Source of the DNA: Candidatus Aminicenantales bacterium
GTDB lineage: Bacteria; Acidobacteriota; Aminicenantia; Aminicenantales; UBA8522
Assembly: GCA_049287565.1 (NCBI GenBank)
Contig: JBAQGA010000059.1
Location: forward strand, 1 to 59,030
DNA length: 59,030 nt
Direction: 5' to 3'
In this document: in pieces, positions 14,318-22,940 of the stretch
How positions within the stretch are numbered: position 1 is the first letter of the stretch
Layout of the letters: each line of letters begins with the position of its first letter
The notes under the pieces: model-generated
The model's input: only the letters and a program-made list of their open reading frames with translations
What the model was told of the DNA's origin: nothing
The model's database searches: none
Position numbers and translations under genes: made by a program

Positions 14318-16954
14318 ATGAAGAAGCCGAAATCATTTCTCCGGGCTGTGCCGCTTCTTCTCCTGCTGCTGGTTCCCGCCGCGGCTTCGGGAAACCAGGG
14401 CATCCCCGAGTTCATCCTTGAGCTTCAGAACGACCTTTCTTCGCACCGTTTCGACTCCTACCTCGATGCTTACGCCCCGGAACTGAGGGATGCGCAGAGG
14501 AAAGAGCTCTCCCGATATTTCGATTTCTTAAAAATGGAATCGGTGACCATGACTTGGGCCAACAAGAGAAACGTTGACCCGGCCGAGTCGGCCATTTTTT
14601 TGCAGGTCGCTTACCAGAACGCGTCCGCCGCCCTGATCGAGACATGGCAACTGCTCCTGGAGAGCGGTGACGGCCGCTGGCGGATCAAGGAGAAGAGCAT
14701 CCGGGGAAACATCAGCCAGCTTTATAAGATCCGGCTGCCCGCCGAGCGCATCGAGAAAGCATCCCGGGTCGAGATCAGCCAGGCCGACATCAACCTGACC
14801 TTTCACAACGCCCTCGTCTTTTATGATAATATTCCCGATCTGGAAACGGCTCTTCTGATCATCGGCGACGGCCGCCTGACGTTCTCTCCCTCGAATGCCA
14901 ACGAAAAGCATCAGCTCGAACTGCTTTATAAAAATAAGGTATTGGAGGATCGCATCGATTACGCCTTCCTCCATATTTCCACCGCCTTCTTCAATCGGAA
15001 CGTCAAGATCGACGGCCATGTCGAGATCCGTCCCTCATCGGTCGCTGAAGATGAGATGAGCCGGGCCGCCTCGATATTCGAAAAATACCGTTCCCGCCAT
15101 TTCACCATCCAGACCTCGCTCAGTCCGGAACCGCTGTCTTTTCTGCCCCAGGGAGAGGACGCGGCGATCTATTTCCGGGGCAGAAAAAGGGGCGATTTGT
15201 CCTATGTCTATTCCTCTTTCGCCGAGGAGGAAGTCAGTCTCTACGAACTCTCCAAGCAACGGTATGTCAGTCTCTACTCGCCCGGGGCGGACGAGGAAAG
15301 AAGCCGCCTGGTCATCACCTTCGGCCAGAAATACGACATCCAGCATTACGAGATCGAGCTGGATTTCGAACCGCGAAACCTTTATCTTTCGGCCAAGGCC
15401 AGGATCAACCTGCTCAGCCAGGTGGGGCGACTCGACGCCGTCAAATTCAAGCTGCACCCGGAGCTGGAGATCCTGCGCATCTATGATGCGAAGCGGCGGG
15501 AACTCTTCTTCACCCAGGATCCGGCCGGAAGGGTCTGCTGTGTTTATTTTCTGGAGCCGATCGCCAAGGACGCCGAGGCCACCATTGAAGTCCTCTACCG
15601 GGGGCGACTGGAGCCGCCGGCTCAGGTGACCGATACCGTCGCGGCCCTGCAAGTCAAAGAGATCCATCCGATCCCGTTTCGGTATGACACCTATCTGTTC
15701 AGCCAATCGGCTCAGTGGTATCCGGCTCCTCTGATTGAAGATTATTTTACCGCCCGGCTCAAGATCATCGTCCCGCCGGATTATTCTTCAATCTCCAACG
15801 GGCAGCTCCTCGAACAAGGCGTGTTGAACGGTATCCAGAAGGTGACGGAGATCGACAAGATCGGGAGTTTCTTTTCGGTGTTCGAGACGAAGCGTCCGCT
15901 GAAATATCTTTCTTTCCTCGTCGGGCGGCTGAGTTTAACCAGAGAGAAAGAGGGAAACCCGTCGCTCGCCTCCTATTCCGAGCCCCAGGTCCGCTCGGCC
16001 AAGAAGGACTTTCTGGATGAGGCCGGCCGGATCCTGGAGTTCTATGAATCCCGGTTCGGTCCTTTCCCCTTTGAGAACCTGCGCATCATCCAAAGGCTTT
16101 GGATGACGGCCGGCGGCCACAGTCCGGCCTCTTTCATCGTCCTGAATGAGCTCCCCCGGGTCTCGCAATTGGACTCCGGCATACGCAGCCGATTGATCGG
16201 CAATCCGGACAGCCCGGTCGACCTCTCCTCGAAATGGAGGGAATATTTCATCGCCCACGAGATCGCCCATCAATGGTGGGGACAAGGGGTTACCTCGGCC
16301 AGGTACCGGGATCAGTGGCTGAGCGAGGGGTTGGCGCAATATGCCGCTGTCCTCTATATCCAAGCGAAATATGGAGAAAATGCCCTGGCGGACATCCTCA
16401 AGAAATTCTCCCGCTGGACCGAAAAAAAGTCCAAGTGGGGACCGATCACCATGGGATCCCGCCTCAGTTTTACCGATTTTGAAGCCTACCAGGCAATTGT
16501 CTACGACAAAACAGCCCTTATCCTGAACATGCTCCGCGATCTTTTGGGCGACGAGATCTTCTTCACCGGGTTGAAAGAATTCTTCGCCGCGCACAAGTAC
16601 TCGGCGGCGACGACAGGCCAGTTCTGCAGGATGATGGAGAAAGTCTCCGGACGAGACCTGAGCGAATTCTTCCGGCTGTGGTTCGATTCCCACGTCCTCC
16701 CCGAGACCAGGGTGAGCACTTGGATCGTAGGAAGAGAGACCGGCTCTTTCTTGAAAGTGAGGGTGCACCAGCTCGTCGACACCTTTGTCTTTCCGCTCTG
16801 GATTGCCTGGGAGGATGAGAGCGGGGCGCTTCACCGCGAGAAGCTGGTCATCAACAAGAAAAGCCAGGAGTTCGAGCTTTCCTTGCCGGGACCCGCCCGC
16901 AAGATCGCGGTCAATCCTGATCGGGCCGTCCCGGGAAAATTTCGCGTCTCCTGA
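14318..16954 (+). CDS. secreted M1-family (gluzincin) metallopeptidase with a long uncharacterised N-terminal region
   Basis: HEIAHQWWGQ followed exactly 18 residues later by E in WLSEGLAQY (HExxH-X18-E). Signal peptide MKKPKSFLRAVPLLLLLLVPAAASG begins at ATG 14318. The track start at 14228 lies upstream of the predicted sigma-54 transcription start. Confidence 0.75.
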   Translation: MKKPKSFLRAVPLLLLLLVPAAASGNQGIPEFILELQNDLSSHRFDSYLDAYAPELRDAQRKELSRYFDFLKMESVTMTWANKRNVDPAESAIFLQVAYQNASAALIETWQLLLESGDGRWRIKEKSIRGNISQLYKIRLPAERIEKASRVEISQADINLTFHNALVFYDNIPDLETALLIIGDGRLTFSPSNANEKHQLELLYKNKVLEDRIDYAFLHISTAFFNRNVKIDGHVEIRPSSVAEDEMSRAASIFEKYRSRHFTIQTSLSPEPLSFLPQGEDAAIYFRGRKRGDLSYVYSSFAEEEVSLYELSKQRYVSLYSPGADEERSRLVITFGQKYDIQHYEIELDFEPRNLYLSAKARINLLSQVGRLDAVKFKLHPELEILRIYDAKRRELFFTQDPAGRVCCVYFLEPIAKDAEATIEVLYRGRLEPPAQVTDTVAALQVKEIHPIPFRYDTYLFSQSAQWYPAPLIEDYFTARLKIIVPPDYSSISNGQLLEQGVLNGIQKVTEIDKIGSFFSVFETKRPLKYLSFLVGRLSLTREKEGNPSLASYSEPQVRSAKKDFLDEAGRILEFYESRFGPFPFENLRIIQRLWMTAGGHSPASFIVLNELPRVSQLDSGIRSRLIGNPDSPVDLSSKWREYFIAHEIAHQWWGQGVTSARYRDQWLSEGLAQYAAVLYIQAKYGENALADILKKFSRWTEKKSKWGPITMGSRLSFTDFEAYQAIVYDKTALILNMLRDLLGDEIFFTGLKEFFAAHKYSAATTGQFCRMMEKVSGRDLSEFFRLWFDSHVLPETRVSTWIVGRETGSFLKVRVHQLVDTFVFPLWIAWEDESGALHREKLVINKKSQEFELSLPGPARKIAVNPDRAVPGKFRVS

Positions 16955-16964
16955 GGCGGACCGC

Positions 16965-18356
16965 TCAGGACAGGCTGTCCGCGTCGATCTTCAGCCTCTT
17001 CATCATCTCGTTCAGTGTCGTCGGCTTCAGCCCCAGCGAACGGGCCGCCAGTTTCTGGGTGCCCTTGGCCCGCCGTAGGGCATTCAGGATGATCCTCCTC
17101 TGGAAGTCCTGAGTTTGTTCCTTAAAATTCCGCTCTTTTTCCTCTTCGGCCTCAGTCTTCTCGTCGGGCGTCCCCCGGTCGAGAAGGAAGGGGGGGAGCG
17201 TGTTGCGAGTGATGAGCTTGGATTTGGTCAGGACCACCGCCCGCTCGATGAGGTTTTCGAGTTCGCGAACGTTTCCCGGCCAGTCGTAATTCTGCAGGAT
17301 CTCCAGGACATCCTCGGTGATGCCTTCGATCGTCTTTTCGTTCTCGCGGTTGTAAATATCGATGAAATGCTTGACCAGGAGAGGGATATCCTCCTTCCTC
17401 TCCCGCAGGGGAGGGAGTTCGATCTTGATAACGTTGATCCGATAGAACAGGTCCGGGCGAAAGGCCCTGCGGGCGATGAGCTCTTCCAGGCCGGTATTGG
17501 TGGCGGCGATGATCCGTGTGTCCACCTTGATGGTCTTGGTTCCCCCGAGTCGCATGAATTCCTTATCCTGCATCACCCGGAGCAGCTTGGCCTGGGTCTC
17601 GAGGCCCACGGTCGAGATCTCGTCGAAGAAGATGCTTCCCCGCTCGGCCGCCTCAAAGAGCCCCTCTTTCTGGCTCACGGCGCCGGTGAAGGCCCCTTTG
17701 ACATGGCCGAAGAGGTGGCTCTCCAGGAGGTCGGGCGGGAGCGTCCCGCTGTTGACGACGACGAACGGAAAATGGCGGCGGTCGCTGTTCTGATGGATGG
17801 CCCGGGCGACCAGTTCCTTGCCCGTTCCGCTCTCGCCCTGGATCAGGATGGTCGACCGCGTCGGGGCGGTGGCCTTGATCAGGTCGAAGATCCGGTCCAT
17901 CGGCCGGCTCCGGCCGACGATGTTCTCGAAGCTGAATTTGCGGTCGAGCTCGTCCTTAAGACGGAGATTCTCATCCTGCAGACGCTTGTGCTCCAGGGCC
18001 CTCTCGATGATCAGGATCAGCTCGTCGTGCTTGAAGGGTTTTTGGACGTAGTCGTAGGCTCCCATCTTCATGGCGGCGATGGCCGATTCCACCGAAGCGT
18101 AGGCCGTGATGATGATGATCACCGCCTGGGGGTCAATCCTCTTGATATTCTTGAGGACCTCGATTCCGTCCAACCCGGGCATCAACAGGTCGAGCAAGGT
18201 CATATCATGGGTTTGGGAAGAGTGCTTCTCCAGGGCTTCTTCCCCCGATGAGGAGAGATCCACCTCATACCCCTCCGCGGTCAACAGCTGGTTCAGGACC
18301 TCGTGGATAATCGGTTCGTCGTCGATGACGTGGATGGTCCCTTTTTTTTCAGCCAT
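16965..18356 (-). CDS. sigma-54-dependent response regulator (NtrC/PilR-type bacterial enhancer-binding protein)
   Basis: 463 aa. Receiver domain. AAA+ core with Walker A GESGTGKE and the sigma-54 contact loop GAFTGA. C-terminal Fis-type HTH. Confidence 0.9.
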   Translation of the reverse strand: MAEKKGTIHVIDDEPIIHEVLNQLLTAEGYEVDLSSSGEEALEKHSSQTHDMTLLDLLMPGLDGIEVLKNIKRIDPQAVIIIITAYASVESAIAAMKMGAYDYVQKPFKHDELILIIERALEHKRLQDENLRLKDELDRKFSFENIVGRSRPMDRIFDLIKATAPTRSTILIQGESGTGKELVARAIHQNSDRRHFPFVVVNSGTLPPDLLESHLFGHVKGAFTGAVSQKEGLFEAAERGSIFFDEISTVGLETQAKLLRVMQDKEFMRLGGTKTIKVDTRIIAATNTGLEELIARRAFRPDLFYRINVIKIELPPLRERKEDIPLLVKHFIDIYNRENEKTIEGITEDVLEILQNYDWPGNVRELENLIERAVVLTKSKLITRNTLPPFLLDRGTPDEKTEAEEEKERNFKEQTQDFQRRIILNALRRAKGTQKLAARSLGLKPTTLNEMMKRLKIDADSLS

Positions 18357-18358
18357 GG

Positions 18359-21202
18359 TCAGTTTCGGACAAAGGAGCTTTTATGCCCCAATTTTTTCAG
18401 GTCGAGGTCGGCGGGGATGAAGATGGTGAAGCACGTCCCTTTGCCGACCTCACTTTCGACGGTCATATGCCCCTCATGCTCTTTGATGATAGCATAGGAG
18501 ATGGACAAGCCCAGGCCGGTGCCCTTGCCGATGCCTTTGGTGGTGAAGAAGGGGTCGAAAATGTGGGGGAGATGCTGCGGCTGGATTCCCGTTCCGGTGT
18601 CGGCGATCTTGACGATCACATCCCGTCCTTCCTGGGCCGCCCGGATGCGGAGAAGGCCTCCCTTGGGCATGGCGTCGATGGCATTGAGGATGATGTTGAT
18701 GAAGACCTGTTGAAGGCGTTCTCCCTGGCCCCAGATGCGCTTAACCGACGCCAGGTCCATCTCCGACTTGATGTTCATCGCCTTGAGCTTGTACTCGATG
18801 AGAGAGATGATCTCCTGGAGGCTGTCCGCAATGGAGACTTTGTGGAAGGCCGACTCCGCCGGGTTGTGGGCGAAATTGAGGAGGTTCTTGATGATCCGGG
18901 AAACCCGCTCGGTCTGGACCTCGATCTTCCCCAGGATCTGGGTGTAATGGGAATCGGTGAGCTTCTTCTGGAGCATCTGAACGTAGCTGGAGATGCCCGT
19001 CAGAGGCGTGTTGATCTCGTGGGCGACGCCCGCCGAAAGGAGTCCGATCGAAGCCAGTTTTTCCGAGGTGACAAGCTGCTGCTGAAGGCGGATCTTGTCG
19101 GTGATATCCTCGAAGACGATGATCGTCCCGTAGGGGACCATCCGGTTGTCGAACAGGGGGGTCTTGGCGATGTCGAAGATCCTCTTTTCTCCTCCCGGCA
19201 GTTCCAGCGAGATCTCGCTCAGCAGCCGGTAGTCCTGCTGGGTGTCGCTGGGAAAGAGGGCCAGGAAGTTCTCTGGGCCGAGGATCTCCTGGAGTCTCCG
19301 GCCAAGCACCTGCCTTTTGGCCCGGGCAAAAATTTCCTCCAGCACCCGGTTCCAGCCGATGACCTCTCCCTTCTGGTCGAGAACGGCGACTCCGACGGTC
19401 AGGCTCTCGATGATATTTTCGCTGTAATCCTTGAGTCTCTCGAGCTCGAGGGCGCGAACACTCGCCTGCTGGTAGAGGGAAGCGTTCTCGATGGCCAGAG
19501 CGACCGACGAGGAAATCGTCGTCAGAAGATCCCAGTCCTCGCGGTTGAGGAAAGTGTTGTCGAGCTTCTTCCCCATCCCCAGGCAGCCGATCAGCTTGTC
19601 CTCGACCTTGAGCGGCAGGAAGTGAACAAATCCAAGCGCCGCGAGTTCCTCTCCGCCTTTGATCAGCTCTCGTCTCTCCGCTGACGAATCGACAGCGATG
19701 TATTCCTTCTCCCTGAGATGGCCGACAAACGTCGGATCGAAAGTGATCGTGCAGGCAACAGCCTGGGACTCTCCCTTGGCGCTGATGATGGCAAAGACCG
19801 GGCTGTCGTCACGTTCGGGGAGAAGAAGGGCCAGGCTTTTCAGAGAAAGAGCGTTTGTGATCAAGTCGAGAAGCGATTGGGCAAGTTTCTCCAGGTTCCT
19901 TTCCCGGCTGAGCTCCTTGCTGATGATGAGCAGCGTCTTCCGGTACTTGTAGGACCGCTTATAAAAAAAGCGATCAAAAAGGGAGGAAATCAGTTTTTTC
20001 AGGGGGGTGAAAAGGGTTGCCCCCAGGACCATCGCCAGGACACCCAGGATGAGGACGTTGAGCTTGTTCTCGGAGAAAATCTTGGTCTGAGAGCTCAGGA
20101 TGAGATAGAGGCAGGCCAGGAAGAAATAGGAGAAGATCAGAGTGGCGGCTTTCTTGAGGAGGACCTCGAAATCCATAAGCTTGTAACGCGAGACCGAGTA
20201 AGCGAAAGTCAACGGAATGAGAGCCTGGAGCAGGACGGTGAGCTCGGCGAACTGGGAGGGGCTCCGGCCGAGGCAAAAAGGGATGGCATAAAAGATGAGA
20301 AAAGGGAGAAACCCGATCATCAATCCGGAGAGGATCCAGCGGAGCTGCCGCCGGACCAACAGGGTGGCCGAATGGCGCATGTTTTTGGCAATGCACAGGA
20401 GCGCGACGACCGCGAAGAGGACAAATTGCAGCATCCCCAACTTTTCCAGTGTGCCGTGAAGGGAAAGGACCAGGCCGTCTTCCCATTGACTTGTCAAGGG
20501 CGAGTGCAGAACCATCGTGGTCAGGAGGAGCATGAGGCCGGGGAGATATAGGAAAAAGAGCAAAGATGGTTTCTTCTTGAGGACTTTCTTTCTCTGGGGG
20601 AAGATGAGGAAGAAGTGAAGAAGAAGGGGGGGAAAGGCCAGCAGGGGGACCTTGTCCAGCCAGAAGAAGAGTGTGTCGATCACGTCCATCTCGCCGGTCG
20701 GGGAGAAGACATAGAAGGAATAGAGCATCAGGCTGATAAGATAGAAGGAGAGGGTGGGCAGGGCGAACGTTCGGCGGGAGTTGAAAAAAACCACCACCGC
20801 AATGACCAGCGTGGTGAGACCGATCAAGGCTAGGTAGAAATACAGAAGGTTCGGTCCTCTCTTCGAAAGAAAAAAAGACGGGGAAAGGATCTCAGCCGGC
20901 CGGCCGATCTGATATTTGACCTTTTGACCGGCCGTTCTGGCGATCCAGAGACTTCTGATGATGTCGATCTTGTTCTCGATGGGCAGGTCGTTGATGGAGA
21001 AGAGAATGTCCCCCTTCTTGATGCCCGCCAGGTAAGCCGGGCCGTTGGCCACAACCCGGTCGGCGACGAAGCGGCTGTCTTTTTCCTTCCAGACAATCCC
21101 GTCCGTCGGCTCCCGCCAGACGATCTTGCGGTAGATATTCAATCCCCCGAGAGCGAGCAGGATACAGATCAATCCGAGGACGAGAGGGACCCTTTTATTC
21201 AT
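18359..21202 (-). CDS. multi-domain sensor histidine kinase: periplasmic PDZ domain, polytopic membrane region, GAF, PAS, HisKA, HATPase
   Basis: PDZ signature GPAYLAGIKKGDILFSINDLPI between TM1 and TM2. About 8 further TM helices. H-box SAGVAHEINTPLTGI. G-boxes DTGTGI and GTGLGLS. Start uncertain: ATG 21202 chosen, TTG 21217 possible. Confidence 0.8.
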   Translation of the reverse strand: MNKRVPLVLGLICILLALGGLNIYRKIVWREPTDGIVWKEKDSRFVADRVVANGPAYLAGIKKGDILFSINDLPIENKIDIIRSLWIARTAGQKVKYQIGRPAEILSPSFFLSKRGPNLLYFYLALIGLTTLVIAVVVFFNSRRTFALPTLSFYLISLMLYSFYVFSPTGEMDVIDTLFFWLDKVPLLAFPPLLLHFFLIFPQRKKVLKKKPSLLFFLYLPGLMLLLTTMVLHSPLTSQWEDGLVLSLHGTLEKLGMLQFVLFAVVALLCIAKNMRHSATLLVRRQLRWILSGLMIGFLPFLIFYAIPFCLGRSPSQFAELTVLLQALIPLTFAYSVSRYKLMDFEVLLKKAATLIFSYFFLACLYLILSSQTKIFSENKLNVLILGVLAMVLGATLFTPLKKLISSLFDRFFYKRSYKYRKTLLIISKELSRERNLEKLAQSLLDLITNALSLKSLALLLPERDDSPVFAIISAKGESQAVACTITFDPTFVGHLREKEYIAVDSSAERRELIKGGEELAALGFVHFLPLKVEDKLIGCLGMGKKLDNTFLNREDWDLLTTISSSVALAIENASLYQQASVRALELERLKDYSENIIESLTVGVAVLDQKGEVIGWNRVLEEIFARAKRQVLGRRLQEILGPENFLALFPSDTQQDYRLLSEISLELPGGEKRIFDIAKTPLFDNRMVPYGTIIVFEDITDKIRLQQQLVTSEKLASIGLLSAGVAHEINTPLTGISSYVQMLQKKLTDSHYTQILGKIEVQTERVSRIIKNLLNFAHNPAESAFHKVSIADSLQEIISLIEYKLKAMNIKSEMDLASVKRIWGQGERLQQVFINIILNAIDAMPKGGLLRIRAAQEGRDVIVKIADTGTGIQPQHLPHIFDPFFTTKGIGKGTGLGLSISYAIIKEHEGHMTVESEVGKGTCFTIFIPADLDLKKLGHKSSFVRN

Positions 21203-21257
21203 CGGCGGGGAATTCAAAAAATTGAATCATGCCCAGACACTATCCGACATTTCGAGG

Positions 21258-21548
21258 TCAGTTCAGAATATTCCTCTGGCCGGTCCGAACGGCCCATTTT
21301 ATGGCTGGCTGCTTCAACAGTTTTTTCACGGCCAGGTCCTCTTTCAGGCCGAGAGGTTTGGTGTTTCTCGAGAAGAATGAGCTCATATAGTCGTATTTCG
21401 GCTTTTTGGCCGGGTACTCCTGGGGGGGCAGGGGGGAATCGAGAGGGGGCGTTTTCTGGGGAGCGGGTTTCGTTTCCTGGGGAACGGACGAGCCCAAGGA
21501 CAAGGCGAGGACTACAAACCCAACCCCCGCAAGAAGTCTCTTGATCAT
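21258..21548 (-). CDS. small secreted hypothetical protein, first gene of the kinase-regulator operon
   Basis: 96 aa from ATG 21548 (MIKRLLAGVGFVVLALSLGSS... signal peptide, Pro/Lys-rich mature part). The track start at 21584 lies inside a -35 box. No recognisable family. Confidence 0.45.
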   Translation of the reverse strand: MIKRLLAGVGFVVLALSLGSSVPQETKPAPQKTPPLDSPLPPQEYPAKKPKYDYMSSFFSRNTKPLGLKEDLAVKKLLKQPAIKWAVRTGQRNILN

Positions 21549-21555
21549 CTGTTCA

Positions 21556-21584
21556 AACATAGAACTTTCGTCAGTTTTTGTCAA
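21556..21584 (-). promoter_or_regulatory. sigma-70-type promoter TTGACA-17-TATGTT for the small-protein/kinase/regulator operon
   Basis: On the minus strand: TTGACA (21584-21579), 17-nt spacer, TATGTT (21561-21556). The ATG at 21548 is only 7 nt downstream of the -10. Confidence 0.5.
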
Positions 21585-21656
21585 CTTTGGAGGTCAGGCC
21601 TGACTAAATTAAGGGAGAAGCCCTGCTTCCAGGTCGGATTTACCCCTGGGGGTTCA

Positions 21657-21685
21657 TTGACAAAAAAAGACGGATACCATAAGAT
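21657..21685 (+). promoter_or_regulatory. sigma-70-type promoter TTGACA-17-TAAGAT for the pilC-pilQ operon
   Basis: Perfect -35 at 21657-21662, 17-nt spacer, TAAGAT at 21680-21685. 44 nt before ATG 21730. Confidence 0.6.
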
Positions 21686-21729
21686 TGGCGTATCATACAG
21701 AAGACCACAGGAGTTTTAATTATAGAGAA

Positions 21730-22938
21730 ATGCCATACTTTCTCTGCCAGCTGGCCACGGAAGACGGTCACCACATCTCCCAGTCATTTCTAGCCTCTTC
21801 GGCCGAGGAATGCCGGAGACACTTCGAGGCGGAAGGATTCTGCATTCTTTCCGTCCGGAAAGATTGGAAAAAAACCTCCGCTCCGACTTTGCCCTTCGAG
21901 AAACGGATCAAGGACAAGGATTTTATCATGTTCAACCAGGAGCTGGTGGCGCTCCTCCGGGCCGGCTATCCGATCCTCAAGAGCCTGGATCTCATCACCG
22001 GCCGGACCAAGAACGTTCATCTCAAAGAGCTGCTGCTAAAGGTGGAGGCCGATGTGCGAAGCGGCAAGGCCCTTTCCGAATCCTTCGTCTCGCATGAGAA
22101 GGAATTCGGCAAGGTCTATACCGCCGCCCTTATGGCCGGAGAGCAAAGCGGAAACCTGCCCGGCACCATCGGTCGGTATCTCGATTATGCCAAGGTCATC
22201 GCCCAGACCCGATCGAGAATCCGTGCCGCCCTTCTTTATCCCACCCTTCTTGTCGTCTTCGCTGTTATCCTTATGGCCATCCTGATCAACTTCATCCTGC
22301 CCCGTTTCGCCGGGTTCTACGCCGACTTCGGAGCTCAGCTCCCCGGGATCACGCGGCTGCTTATCGCCGCGGCCGGCCGCCTCCGCCTGGTCACCCCCTT
22401 CCTGCTGGGTTTTCTGGTCGTCCTGGGATTGCTCCTTCCGCGGCTCAAGAAAAACGAGAAGGTCCTCATGTTCCTGGAAAAGAGCAAACTTAAGATTCCC
22501 TACGCGAACCGAATCCGTGTGGAGACGGCGATTTCGCTCTTCAGCCGCACGCTCAGCCTTCTCCTCGAAGCGGGGATCACCCTTCTCCCCGGGCTTCCCA
22601 TCGCCTGTCAGGCGATTCCCAATAAGTTCTTGATGAAGCAGACTCGTCATCTCCCGGAGGATATCCGGAATGGGGAGACCCTTTCCGATTCCCTCGGCAA
22701 GACCGGGTTCTTCACTCCTCTGGCGACAGACATGATCCGCATCGGCGAGAACTCCGCCAACCTGCACGGCATGTTGAGGGAGGTCGCGGACGTCTACGAT
22801 CAGCGGACCCAAGCCAGGATCGACACCTTCGTCTCCTTGATCGAGCCGGTCATCATCATCGCTATGGGGCTCATCGTCGCCCTGATGCTGCTGGCCGTTT
22901 ATCTGCCCATTTTCAACATCATTCAGATAACGAGATAG
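21730..22938 (+). CDS. pilC: type IV pilus / type II secretion platform protein (PilC/GspF family)
   Basis: Two GspF-type repeats (LVALLRAGYPILKSLDL..., LSLLLEAGITLLPGL...) and three TM segments. ATG 21730 is preferred because the track TTG at 21685 overlaps the -10 box. Confidence 0.85.
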   Translation: MPYFLCQLATEDGHHISQSFLASSAEECRRHFEAEGFCILSVRKDWKKTSAPTLPFEKRIKDKDFIMFNQELVALLRAGYPILKSLDLITGRTKNVHLKELLLKVEADVRSGKALSESFVSHEKEFGKVYTAALMAGEQSGNLPGTIGRYLDYAKVIAQTRSRIRAALLYPTLLVVFAVILMAILINFILPRFAGFYADFGAQLPGITRLLIAAAGRLRLVTPFLLGFLVVLGLLLPRLKKNEKVLMFLEKSKLKIPYANRIRVETAISLFSRTLSLLLEAGITLLPGLPIACQAIPNKFLMKQTRHLPEDIRNGETLSDSLGKTGFFTPLATDMIRIGENSANLHGMLREVADVYDQRTQARIDTFVSLIEPVIIIAMGLIVALMLLAVYLPIFNIIQITR

Positions 22939-22940
22939 CG

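Noticed and set aside
21685-21729. TTG start at 21685 for pilC, and similarly 21584 for the small protein, 43586 for the OM barrel, 47570 for miaB and 57116 for the Fe-ADH.
   Set aside because: These starts fall inside promoter hexamers, overlap the preceding gene, or read into a repeat element. Internal ATGs with an SD or promoter context fit better.
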